Virus record (IMG/VR): IMGVR_UViG_3300046323_000587
Location: 162,481 to 226,480 of that record
Strand: one strand, 5' to 3'
Length of the DNA stretch: 64,000 bases
The notes below the pieces were generated by a model, which saw nothing but the letters and a program-made list of their open reading frames with translations, ran no database searches and was not told where the DNA came from. A program made the position numbers and the translations under genes. Of this stretch, positions 29,387-38,658 are shown one piece after another. Positions within the stretch are counted from its first letter, which is position 1. Every line of letters starts with the position of its first letter.

Positions 29387-31475
29387 ATTTTATTGTTCCA
29401 TTTTTATTTTTAGACCTATCTAAATAAGATATTTGTTTTTGTTTTTCATATTTAATTTTTACTTTAGGATCATAACCATATCTTTTATATCCATTTTCAT
29501 CTACATAAAAAGATTTTAGTTGAACAATTTTTTCATTATTTTCTTTAGGAACTAATCTCAACATTTCTAATTCTTTATCTGCTAGTTCACACAATCCTAA
29601 AGCTACAATAATATCATAATTTCCTCTTTTATCTGGATTATAGTTTGAAGCATCTACTAAAAATCTTTCAAATTTAATTTTATCACAATTATCTTCTATA
29701 TAGTTTTTTAAATGATTATCCATTAAATTATTAGTTTCACTTGTAGCTTTTGTACCAAAATCTCTTGTATTATTTGTAATTCTAAATTTATTGCTAAGAG
29801 CATTAGAAGGTGCCATAAATTTATGTGAAAAATCTCCTAGTTTGTGTTCTCTAAAATATTGATATACCATAATACGAGTTTTTTCAAGATTGATTTGACA
29901 ATTGTACCAAATAGATAATTTTAAAGCATTATCAAAACATTCTCTTTCGTCACGAGGTCTGTCACAATAATAAGCAACATAAGTATTATTGTAATCATCA
30001 TACATTGAATTAGTACGTTTTTTAATAATCATTGCAAATTCTGAATTATTTTTTGTTACAGTTAAATCTTCTCCCATATCAATACCATCAATACCAGCTA
30101 TATAAAGATTTGCAGGAGGTTCGCTATTATCTTCTCCTCTATGAGGCGGTTGTAGGATATGTATTTTACCATTTTTGTCTGAAATAAATTCACAACCTGC
30201 AATTTTTCCTTGTTTATCAAATAAAAATTCTAATCGACCTATTTTAATATTAGGTTTATTTGTAGGTTGTTCTAACCAAATTCTTTGATTAACTAATTTA
30301 TCAAGATTAAATATACAAGCTCTAATCTCTCTAAAAGCTTCATCTGGATTTAAACAATGTTCAGCAACATACTTTTGATAATCATCAGGAGATTTTAATA
30401 ATTTTTGTTCTTCTCTTATTTTTAATACATTAGATAAAGATTCTTCTTGATCAATGTTTCCAAACTTATCCATACATTTTATATTAATTTGAGTGTATGG
30501 AAAGAAAAATCCAGATTCTTTATATAAATCTCCATAAATAGAATTATCGAAAGTTTTAAAACCAAATCCTTTAGGATTACGGAATATTTCTTTTAATCCT
30601 TCAATTCCTGCTCCTATTTCACCTCCTGTACCCCAAGCTATAATTTGACCAATAAATGCACCTCCTTCTTCTACAACAGGTCGAATAACTTCAATTGCTT
30701 CTTTTGCTTTTTTAAAAGAACCAAATTCTTCAAGATGTATCTTATAAGCAGACTTACCTCTAAATTTATGTGGATTACTTGCTAACAAACCTAATATTTC
30801 TCCACCTGTTTGAGTTTCTATGTTAGATTTTTCTAGTTTTCCTGAAGCTTTTTTATGTGTAGCTGTATTTGCTCCCATTCTAGCGTGAAACATAGCCATC
30901 TCTGTTTCTTTATCAAGATAGTTTATATTAGCCCAAACAAAAGCTAAAATATTAGTTAAATATTCTTCATCAGTAGCTGCATATATTACTTTGCGATACT
31001 CTCCTTTCATATTAGGTGTTCTTATAGCATAATCTCTTGCTCCCATTGCAGCTTGTTTATAAGACCAACCAGCTCTTCTAGGTTTTAATACTATAAGATG
31101 TTTTTCTTCTTGTTCAGCTTCTTCTACAACATTAAACCAATCATAATCTAATTTCCAAAAATTAGGATTTTTGGTTATTTTTTTAGTTAGTTTTTTACCG
31201 TTTAATATATAATCTTCTTGAAGTTCTATTTGAACATAATTTAAATAGAAATAATGGTATCCAGTAATTCTAACTTCACCTATTGTATAACCATTCATAC
31301 ATTTATCAAACTCACTCAACCAAAATTCTTTATATTGTTGAGTACCTTTTTTATATAAAGAATAATACCCAGTTTTAAGTTTTTTATTTATGGCATCTTG
31401 AAATCGATGTGTATTCATTAAATAATCACCTTTAAAATAAGGTAATTCATCATTTATGGTAGTTATTATATTCAT
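29379..31475 (-). CDS. terL: Terminase large subunit
   Basis: Walker A LKPRRAGWSY, Walker B IHLEEFG, WGTGG, nuclease YIAGIDGID, N.D C-terminal motif. Confidence 0.92.
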   Translation of the reverse strand: MNIITTINDELPYFKGDYLMNTHRFQDAINKKLKTGYYSLYKKGTQQYKEFWLSEFDKCMNGYTIGEVRITGYHYFYLNYVQIELQEDYILNGKKLTKKITKNPNFWKLDYDWFNVVEEAEQEEKHLIVLKPRRAGWSYKQAAMGARDYAIRTPNMKGEYRKVIYAATDEEYLTNILAFVWANINYLDKETEMAMFHARMGANTATHKKASGKLEKSNIETQTGGEILGLLASNPHKFRGKSAYKIHLEEFGSFKKAKEAIEVIRPVVEEGGAFIGQIIAWGTGGEIGAGIEGLKEIFRNPKGFGFKTFDNSIYGDLYKESGFFFPYTQINIKCMDKFGNIDQEESLSNVLKIREEQKLLKSPDDYQKYVAEHCLNPDEAFREIRACIFNLDKLVNQRIWLEQPTNKPNIKIGRLEFLFDKQGKIAGCEFISDKNGKIHILQPPHRGEDNSEPPANLYIAGIDGIDMGEDLTVTKNNSEFAMIIKKRTNSMYDDYNNTYVAYYCDRPRDERECFDNALKLSIWYNCQINLEKTRIMVYQYFREHKLGDFSHKFMAPSNALSNKFRITNNTRDFGTKATSETNNLMDNHLKNYIEDNCDKIKFERFLVDASNYNPDKRGNYDIIVALGLCELADKELEMLRLVPKENNEKIVQLKSFYVDENGYKRYGYDPKVKIKYEKQKQISYLDRSKNKNGTIKYD

Positions 31476-31554
31476 TGTTTATATTTATTACTTATTTTCA
31501 TTTTTTATTTTACAACAAAAGAAAGTTATTTAAAAATAAATTAATTAAAGTTGA

Positions 31555-32118
31555 CTACCATTCTATAAAACCTCCTTCTGCTCCACCTTTATTCAATTTT
31601 TTATCTTGTTTTAATTCTTTTTCTGCAACTTTTCTAAGATTTTGTAACTCGTCCATAATAGTATTACTTTCTTTTAACATCTTCACTGCATCATAAGGTT
31701 GATCGATTCTTTGTCCTCTATGTGGACCTTCTTCAATATATTTATCAAAAGATACTGTTCTATAATGTTCACATAAAGTATCTACTAATTCCATTGAAGC
31801 AGAAATCATATTAAGAACTCTATTAGAATTAATTAATGAGTCAAATTTCTTTTCTGCTGCAAGATATTCAGGTTTTAATACATCTTCAGTAGTTAATTCA
31901 GAAGCAATTAAAGCTGATTCAAATCTTTTCTTTTTGGTTTCCTCTACGTGAGGAGACATTGGATCTTTATTAAGAAAAAGAAATGTAAAATATCTATTAG
32001 TTAAATCTTTATTTTTTGACTTATCTAATGCAACTAATTTTTTAAATTCTGGAATGAGTAATATACCTTCAATATTTAAAGTTGGTACAAAATTTTCATA
32101 TTCAAATAGTCTTAACAT
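31555..32118 (-). CDS. Conserved crAss-like protein upstream of terminase
   Basis: ILLIPEFKKL..LDKSKNK..., C-terminal KGG.EGGF; synteny. Confidence 0.5.
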   Translation of the reverse strand: MLRLFEYENFVPTLNIEGILLIPEFKKLVALDKSKNKDLTNRYFTFLFLNKDPMSPHVEETKKKRFESALIASELTTEDVLKPEYLAAEKKFDSLINSNRVLNMISASMELVDTLCEHYRTVSFDKYIEEGPHRGQRIDQPYDAVKMLKESNTIMDELQNLRKVAEKELKQDKKLNKGGAEGGFIEW

Positions 32119-32193
32119 TTTATTATCATTTACATTAAATTATTAATTAAAATTTTAAAACTAAACACCAACTAAATATTAACTTAACCTTAA

Positions 32194-32547
32194 TTAAACC
32201 TTTTCAATTTTTTGTTTGTATTTATCTAATAATACATTGCAATAGTAAGTGAATTTTTCTAATGATTCAAAATCATTTTTTCCGTCCCAATCAGAAGCTC
32301 TTGGATTAATATAATCTTCTTCTTTTATTGCATTCATTGGAATAACAGAATCTACAATAGTTAAATTATATTTTAAAAGTGTAAGTAAAGTAACTTGATT
32401 TGGATTATAATATAAATAAACTTCAATTTCATTTATTTTTCCAGCTGCTCTTGACATTGTATTAAACGCAATTCCTGATATATCACATTCTACATCAGAC
32501 ATAAAAGAAAATTCTAAGTTGTACCTGTTTGTTGTATCTGTTTGCAT
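32194..32547 (-). CDS. Hypothetical protein
   Basis: 117-aa ORF co-oriented in operon. Confidence 0.55.
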   Translation of the reverse strand: MQTDTTNRYNLEFSFMSDVECDISGIAFNTMSRAAGKINEIEVYLYYNPNQVTLLTLLKYNLTIVDSVIPMNAIKEEDYINPRASDWDGKNDFESLEKFTYYCNVLLDKYKQKIEKV

Positions 32548-32569
32548 AATTTAAACATTTTATATATTA

Positions 32570-32800
32570 CTACATATATTTAGAAGCTACAACTGAAAAA
32601 GCTAAACCAAATACAATAGCTACTCCAATTAAACCTAGAATTACTTTTTGATATAGAGTATTTTGTGTTTCTAATTTTTCTACTTTTTTACTTGCTTCTA
32701 ATAATTGTTCATAATATTTTAAAGATATTGTAGCTTTATCTGTGGATTTTGCTGATTCTTTTGATTCTATTTTATCTATATTTTCATTATTCATTGACAT
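32570..32800 (-). CDS. Small coiled-coil protein with C-terminal transmembrane helix
   Basis: VILGLIGVAIVFGLAFSVVA. Confidence 0.55.
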   Translation of the reverse strand: MSMNNENIDKIESKESAKSTDKATISLKYYEQLLEASKKVEKLETQNTLYQKVILGLIGVAIVFGLAFSVVASKYM

Positions 32801-33683
32801 AGTGATTTAATAATTTAGTTATAATTTCTTGATTTATCTTTAATTCAATTTCTTTACAACAAGGTTGATTATCTACAAATCTTAAATGATGAACAACTAA
32901 TTTTGTAACAGGTTTTTTGTATATCTGTTCAGCAAATAAAGCATAAATATTTAATTGTAATTCGTATTTTCCTAAATCTCCAGAAGGTTGTTCTTTTATA
33001 GGAGATTTCATCATTTGATTATTGTAGCCTTCGTATTTTAATTCTTTGTCATTAGTTTTATAATCGTGTATTTCAATAAAATCTTTTCCTTCAATAACTA
33101 AATCAGCTTGTCCTGCAATTTGATGTTTATGTGAATAGAGTATCTCTTCTGCGTGAATTTTGCACTCTTTGTATCTATCAAATATTTTAGACATATATTC
33201 AAGATAATAGATTATTTCGTCATCAATAGCGTAATTCTTTACAATACTTTCAATAATTTCATTATTATTTAGCATCTTATCTAAACTATAATGTATTGCT
33301 GAACCTCTGTTTGTAGATTGATCTCTAATATTATCCCAATATTTTAATACTTCTTCATAAGTCATACCAAACTTATCCATTGTAGATTTAGCTTTAAATT
33401 TATCAGATTCAAATTTATGTGCATATTTTCCTATTAAAGTAGTTACAGAAGTGTATCTTTTTTTTAATAGTGTGTGAGTGTAAGTATGGTGTTTGTCATC
33501 GTATTCAATATACTCATTAAATTTAAACCTGTCTTGTTTAAATAAATCTAGATTATATTTACAAGTGGTATCTCTTAATAAATGTTTGTTCTTATTTTTA
33601 GCATCTTCTATTTGTTCTTCATAACTTTTAACTACTTTCTTTTGCTTTACTGGAGACGATTTTCTATTATTTGTTAAAGCCAT
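32787..33683 (-). CDS. PD-(D/E)XK nuclease (Cas4/RecB-like)
   Basis: YTSVTTLI, RGSAIH, IAGQADL, IHDYKTN, YELQLNIY. Confidence 0.85.
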   Translation of the reverse strand: MALTNNRKSSPVKQKKVVKSYEEQIEDAKNKNKHLLRDTTCKYNLDLFKQDRFKFNEYIEYDDKHHTYTHTLLKKRYTSVTTLIGKYAHKFESDKFKAKSTMDKFGMTYEEVLKYWDNIRDQSTNRGSAIHYSLDKMLNNNEIIESIVKNYAIDDEIIYYLEYMSKIFDRYKECKIHAEEILYSHKHQIAGQADLVIEGKDFIEIHDYKTNDKELKYEGYNNQMMKSPIKEQPSGDLGKYELQLNIYALFAEQIYKKPVTKLVVHHLRFVDNQPCCKEIELKINQEIITKLLNHYVNE

Positions 33684-33717
33684 TTGTCTAATTTTTATAA
33701 TTTATTTTGTTATGAAA

Positions 33718-33725
33718 CAAATATA
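33718..33725 (-). promoter_or_regulatory. Bacteroidota sigma-A -7 element (TATATTTG)
   Basis: Exact TAnnTTTG 35 nt upstream of the nuclease start. Confidence 0.45.
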
Positions 33726-33727
33726 GA

Positions 33728-34321
33728 TTAATATTTCATTCTTTCCAATACTGTAAAATTATCAGTAAAATATATATTTTTATCAGAAATTCCAATACTT
33801 TTTAAATATCTAGGGACAGAGAAATTAGGACAAGTTTTAAATGTAGGTCTCATAACTTCATTGACTGCAACTTGATTATGTCCTAATATTTTAATATCTG
33901 GATAAGTAGATACATACCATTTTATAATAGATTCCATCATTTTTAATTGATACTCCGTACGATTATCGACAGGAATAAAATTATTTTTACGATCTCTAAG
34001 AATTTTTTTGTTTTCTTGTTTTAAACCTCCTGTATAACAAATATTTACAGAATTACTATTTGATATTTTTATATCTATATTATTGTTATATACAGCTACT
34101 CCATTACTAATTAAATCATCAGAAATAAGTCTTACAACTCCTGAATTTTCTATTTCTGGACTACGAGCTTCTTTTTCAATTACTACGTGATAACCACTCC
34201 TTTTCCAACCTAATGTAAATTTTTCATATCTAGCTATGTCTTCTGCTTTATCAAACTGATTTCCTGCATGACAATGAACAACTAAATATTGTATATTTCT
34301 TATACTTGATAATTGTTTCAT
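33728..34321 (-). CDS. N-acetylmuramoyl-L-alanine amidase (T7-lysozyme/Amidase_2 type), endolysin
   Basis: LVVHC, GYHVVI, SNGV, NICYTGG, DNRT..Q, ILGH, K.CPNF. Confidence 0.88.
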   Translation of the reverse strand: MKQLSSIRNIQYLVVHCHAGNQFDKAEDIARYEKFTLGWKRSGYHVVIEKEARSPEIENSGVVRLISDDLISNGVAVYNNNIDIKISNSNSVNICYTGGLKQENKKILRDRKNNFIPVDNRTEYQLKMMESIIKWYVSTYPDIKILGHNQVAVNEVMRPTFKTCPNFSVPRYLKSIGISDKNIYFTDNFTVLERMKY

Positions 34322-34363
34322 ATATTATTTTATTTTACTTTATTATTTTACTTATTATCTCGA

Positions 34364-34771
34364 CTATTTTTGTTGAAAATTAGGGTACAAATCTAAATCT
34401 AATCTAAGAATTTGTTTTATACCTTGACCTACTGCACTTGTTTCTAATTGTGTAAATTTTAAATTAGCTGGACGATCTACAACTGTCTTAATTTCAAATG
34501 TAGCAGCAGTCACTAAAGTATTATTCTCATCGTATACAGAAGGAGTTACTTCTATTGCTATATCTTTGTAAGTTTCTAATCTATCAAATCTAGTAAAAGA
34601 ATTTTCAGATTCTGTTTTCATTATAATTTTTGTAGGAGACAATAAATTTATTTGATAATAAATTGTTATTGTATTTATAGACCCATCAATATCTACACGA
34701 TATATTTGAATATATCTATCTAAACCTGTAATTGAATCGGCTTCTATTTTCTTTTCTTGTAAAATTCTCAT
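34364..34771 (-). CDS. Hypothetical protein (tail-associated)
   Basis: 135-aa ORF in tail block. Confidence 0.5.
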   Translation of the reverse strand: MRILQEKKIEADSITGLDRYIQIYRVDIDGSINTITIYYQINLLSPTKIIMKTESENSFTRFDRLETYKDIAIEVTPSVYDENNTLVTAATFEIKTVVDRPANLKFTQLETSAVGQGIKQILRLDLDLYPNFQQK

Positions 34772-34786
34772 ATTGTTTAATATTGT

Positions 34787-35998
34787 TTAGTACTCTTGAA
34801 AATTAATTATTCCATTTAATGTTATAGTAGCTGTTATAGGTTGCACACATAAAACTAATGTATTCATTGTATTATTTAAAGTAGAACCTAAATAAGATAG
34901 GTAATCTTTTTCAAAAAGGTTTGTTGGAATTACACTGTTTTGACCTAAAATTCCAGAAGCTAAAACTCTGCCTGGAGTAGTTACTGTAATAGCTATTGCA
35001 GCAGCAGCACTACCATTAGCTTCTTCTATTGCACTATTTGTAACACCAATCCAAGTTAAAGGTGCTGATAACACAGGATTAAGTTGTAAAGACCAAATAA
35101 CAATATCAGCAGCACTAGATACAAATACACCTAAACCAGAAATTCTTATTGCATTATCTCTATTAGTTGTTTTTTTTCTGATTGCTTTTAAAGGATAAAC
35201 TGTACCAATACTAGCAATTGTATTAGAAGAAATTGCAACTGTAGACAAAGATTTAACAGAATTATTATATCCAGACTCACTAATAGAACCTTCTGTGGCA
35301 ACTTGAGAACAGATATATCTTAAACTTCCTGTTCCAGTTGTACTTCTTATTTCATATCTTACAGGTTGATTTGGAGAAGCAATAAAAGTATCTGTTGAAT
35401 TTCCTGAATAATTCATTGTATGAGCTAATATAAACCCTAAATCAGTTTTTAAATATATTCTTAATACAGCTCCACCTAACCAAAGAAAATCAAATGCAAG
35501 TACTGTAAAATTACTCCAATTATAGCTAGAGATTAAATTATAATTATCCCAAGATGTCCAGGGTATATTTATAGTAGTTATACCAAGTCGTTCAGCTTTC
35601 AATCTAAATGTTGTTCCATCATTCTCTAAATAAAATCCATCATAATTAGTTGCAAATGGGGCTACAGTATTAGAAGAAAAATACCCAACTCTTTTAACAG
35701 TATTTGCTTCTATTTGAAAGTTATCAAAAGTGCATTCAACAAATTGAGATTTTCCAGAAAAATAAGGAAAAAATTGAGTTGTTTGACGAACTACATATTG
35801 ACCAGAATTAACAGACAAATTAAATTTATTATTTGCATAAGCTGTAGCTCCTGTTCCTTGATTATCAAATAAATAAACATTATCACTATTTAAAATCTTT
35901 CCATCAAATAAAGTAGTAAAATTAGAAGTTCTAACACGACCTCCTGCATCTATACTAATTTGACTAGGATTAAAATTTATATTTTTGAATCCACTCAT
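34787..35998 (-). CDS. Lectin-like beta-sandwich virion protein
   Basis: DAGGRVRTS, VRQT..FFPYFSGKSQ, DFLWLG, PNQPVRYEI. Confidence 0.55.
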   Translation of the reverse strand: MSGFKNINFNPSQISIDAGGRVRTSNFTTLFDGKILNSDNVYLFDNQGTGATAYANNKFNLSVNSGQYVVRQTTQFFPYFSGKSQFVECTFDNFQIEANTVKRVGYFSSNTVAPFATNYDGFYLENDGTTFRLKAERLGITTINIPWTSWDNYNLISSYNWSNFTVLAFDFLWLGGAVLRIYLKTDLGFILAHTMNYSGNSTDTFIASPNQPVRYEIRSTTGTGSLRYICSQVATEGSISESGYNNSVKSLSTVAISSNTIASIGTVYPLKAIRKKTTNRDNAIRISGLGVFVSSAADIVIWSLQLNPVLSAPLTWIGVTNSAIEEANGSAAAAIAITVTTPGRVLASGILGQNSVIPTNLFEKDYLSYLGSTLNNTMNTLVLCVQPITATITLNGIINFQEY

Positions 35999-36025
35999 AA
36001 ATCATAATTATTTTAAATATTTAAT

Positions 36026-36409
36026 TTATATAATTCTCCAATTACTATTATTACTTATTACATCTAACCATTCTTCAGATTGTAAGTCAATATAAAAAGG
36101 ATTTGTTATAATATTATTTCCTATTGTTTGAGAAGAGATTGTGTGGATTCTAATAATCCCATTACTACAATTTATAATTCTAAAACACTTTCCTGCCATA
36201 CCAATAGCTGAAGGTAAAGTTTGTATAGTATTAGCTGTAATTACTTCTATATTTTTGTCATTTATTGTTGCAGTATAAGAAGTATTTTTTATTGTATAAG
36301 GTTCATAATCTACATATTTTTTAGTTGCAGCTGACTGTAATAGAATAGGGTTTAATAAATTGATTACACCTTCTTGATTTTCAAAATCTAATATTAATTT
36401 ATTTTTCAT
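36026..36409 (-). CDS. Small tail-fibre module protein
   Basis: AATKKYVD; YTAT..D; TLPSA...GK.F.I.N; S..SNWRII. Confidence 0.55.
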   Translation of the reverse strand: MKNKLILDFENQEGVINLLNPILLQSAATKKYVDYEPYTIKNTSYTATINDKNIEVITANTIQTLPSAIGMAGKCFRIINCSNGIIRIHTISSQTIGNNIITNPFYIDLQSEEWLDVISNNSNWRII

Positions 36410-36496
36410 ACATATTAAAATAAAAAAACCTATAAATAACTAAAATAATTAAATATAGGTTTTTAGTTTTAAACTATTTTTTAATTAAATTTTAAA

Positions 36497-37165
36497 TTAA
36501 GAAATTATTACATTTCCAGAAAAAGCAGATAAAGAAGTTAATGTTACTTGTGTAGTTGAAGTACAAACAACTTCTACTTTAACTAATACATCTGTTGCAT
36601 CATAAACTTCTACGACTACAAATTTTCTACTAAGGTTGTGAGTGATTACTAAACCAACTGAAGCTACAAAAGTTACAGCTTGTGTATATCTAGATATACC
36701 AGTAGTATTAGTAACATATTGAGACAATAAGTTAGGAGTAATAATATCAGTTGTATTTAACAATGCAGCAGTTGGAGTAGCTACATCACCAACAGAAGCT
36801 AATCTAGCTATTCCTGCAACTGTTGTAGTAGCTTGGTCTACATTAGATTGAACCACAAAGAAGTCAGCTGCTAATGTTGCACCAGAGATTTTAGCAAACA
36901 AAACATCTCCTATTTTTACTTGTGTAATAGGAGTTAAGCCTGTAATATTTCCAGCAACTGAAACTAACCAATAATCTCCTTTATCAATTGCAGATGCAAT
37001 ACCTGTACCAGTTGTTGGTAATAATCCAGCAGAAGCATCGTGAGAACCTGCAAAAGCTCCAACTCCTGTAATTAAAGTGTCTACATATTGTTTATCAACT
37101 AAAGTTCTGTTTGTAAATGAACCACTATAATCTGCGCCGTATTCTTGTAATGTGTAATTTTTCAT
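36497..37165 (-). CDS. Tail fibre-like protein
   Basis: LVDKQYVD, KGDYWLVSVAG, ATTTVAGIARLA, ITHNL C-terminal domain. Confidence 0.6.
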   Translation of the reverse strand: MKNYTLQEYGADYSGSFTNRTLVDKQYVDTLITGVGAFAGSHDASAGLLPTTGTGIASAIDKGDYWLVSVAGNITGLTPITQVKIGDVLFAKISGATLAADFFVVQSNVDQATTTVAGIARLASVGDVATPTAALLNTTDIITPNLLSQYVTNTTGISRYTQAVTFVASVGLVITHNLSRKFVVVEVYDATDVLVKVEVVCTSTTQVTLTSLSAFSGNVIIS

Positions 37166-37202
37166 ATTTTAAATTGTTATAAAAGGTAAAAAATTATTGT
37201 TT

Positions 37203-38018
37203 TTATTTAAGGATAACTAATAAATTATTTAATGAAGTAAAACTTGTAATGGTAACAGTATTTAATGTTACAGCACTTGTTCCTAATTCTATTATTTCAG
37301 TATTATATATATAAGTAATAATAATATTAAGACTATTTAAATTATGTGTTATAAGATAAGGTATGTTAGAAACAATATTTATAGTTTGTGTGTAACTTGA
37401 ACTTGATAATAAATCTGATAATAAAGCTATTGTACCAGATTTATTTGGTAATAGAATAGTGTTGTTTGAAGTATTATTTGTGAGAGCAGAAAGATTTGTA
37501 GAAAATATAGTTCCATTATTAAATTCTATTTTATTTGAATGAAGTTTTGTATATACACTAGAAATATTGTTTATGATATTAATAGAATTTCCTGTAACAA
37601 TTGTATGATAATTTATATTAGTCAATAAATCTACTTCTTGAAATATTAAAGTAGCTAAATTATTCATTAAATCGCCATTTTTGTCTACAAACACAGAACC
37701 ACCAGAACTATCATAAATAGTTACCCAACCTGTTGTAGAATTATGTTGAAAAGCTTGTGTATCTGTATTATATATTAAAAGAGATTCAATATTTGGCAAT
37801 AAATTTCTTTGAGCTGTTGTAAGTCTTGGTAGTAATACTCCATTATTAATTCCTCCAATATCTAAAGTAGCTTGTGGAGTGTTATTATTTATCCCTAATC
37901 TTTTATTAATTTCATCATATACAAAAAGTGTATCAAAAGTTTGAGTTTGAGTATTACTGCCAAAAGGTATTGTTTGTTGTGGCTGTTCTATTTGTTTACC
38001 CCTAAAAAAATTTGCCAT
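37203..38018 (-). CDS. Tail fibre-like protein (paralog of 41798..43336 N-terminus)
   Basis: RGKQI, LGINNNTPQATLDI, GVLLPRLTTAQRN, LPNKSGTIALLSD, ITHNL. Confidence 0.65.
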   Translation of the reverse strand: MANFFRGKQIEQPQQTIPFGSNTQTQTFDTLFVYDEINKRLGINNNTPQATLDIGGINNGVLLPRLTTAQRNLLPNIESLLIYNTDTQAFQHNSTTGWVTIYDSSGGSVFVDKNGDLMNNLATLIFQEVDLLTNINYHTIVTGNSINIINNISSVYTKLHSNKIEFNNGTIFSTNLSALTNNTSNNTILLPNKSGTIALLSDLLSSSSYTQTINIVSNIPYLITHNLNSLNIIITYIYNTEIIELGTSAVTLNTVTITSFTSLNNLLVILK

Positions 38019-38043
38019 TAGAGTAAATTAAATTAAATTATTG

Positions 38044-38619
38044 TTATTCTATTAAATGATCTTCTGGTTTTGGTTGAGTATTGATTATTTCAAGATATTG
38101 TGCAACAGAAATTACTTTATAGTCTTCATCAAAAAATAAAGCTTTTGTTTCATTTTTATCATACATTACACCAAAAGGATTAGAATGAATATAATATAAA
38201 TCAGTGAGAATATCTTTAAAAATAGTATTGTTATTTCTTTCGTAATATTCTTTCCAAGTTAGTTGTTTAAAAGCAATAGGAGTTTGTGTACCATCTTCAT
38301 TAGTTATCCAATCAGTTTCAATAGTATTATTTTTTAAATACTCTGGAACTGTTGAATTTAATTGAAAATCTTTTAGTTCAATAAAGAAAGGATATTCTTC
38401 AATCCAACCACCATCCAACATAACTTGTTTAAGAAAAGGTATTGTAATCTCATTTGCATCTGAACGATTATCAGACCATAAATATCTTTTACCATCAACA
38501 AATACAGAACCTGTATTAAATGATTCAGAAGATTGATTTAAAAAAGATACTAACATTAATGAGTTGTGATATTTAGATAAAGCTACATCAGTAGCAATAT
38601 AAATTTTAAATTTTGACAT
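38044..38619 (-). CDS. Hypothetical protein (possible fibre chaperone)
   Basis: 191-aa acidic ORF directly after the LamG protein. Confidence 0.45.
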   Translation of the reverse strand: MSKFKIYIATDVALSKYHNSLMLVSFLNQSSESFNTGSVFVDGKRYLWSDNRSDANEITIPFLKQVMLDGGWIEEYPFFIELKDFQLNSTVPEYLKNNTIETDWITNEDGTQTPIAFKQLTWKEYYERNNNTIFKDILTDLYYIHSNPFGVMYDKNETKALFFDEDYKVISVAQYLEIINTQPKPEDHLIE

Positions 38620-38658
38620 AATTTGTAATTAAAATATTTTAAATAATTATTAAATAAT

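Noticed and set aside
32787-33683. Cas4 as part of a CRISPR system
   Set aside because: Lacks the four-Cys Fe-S pattern and CRISPR context; ordinary phage PD-(D/E)XK nuclease
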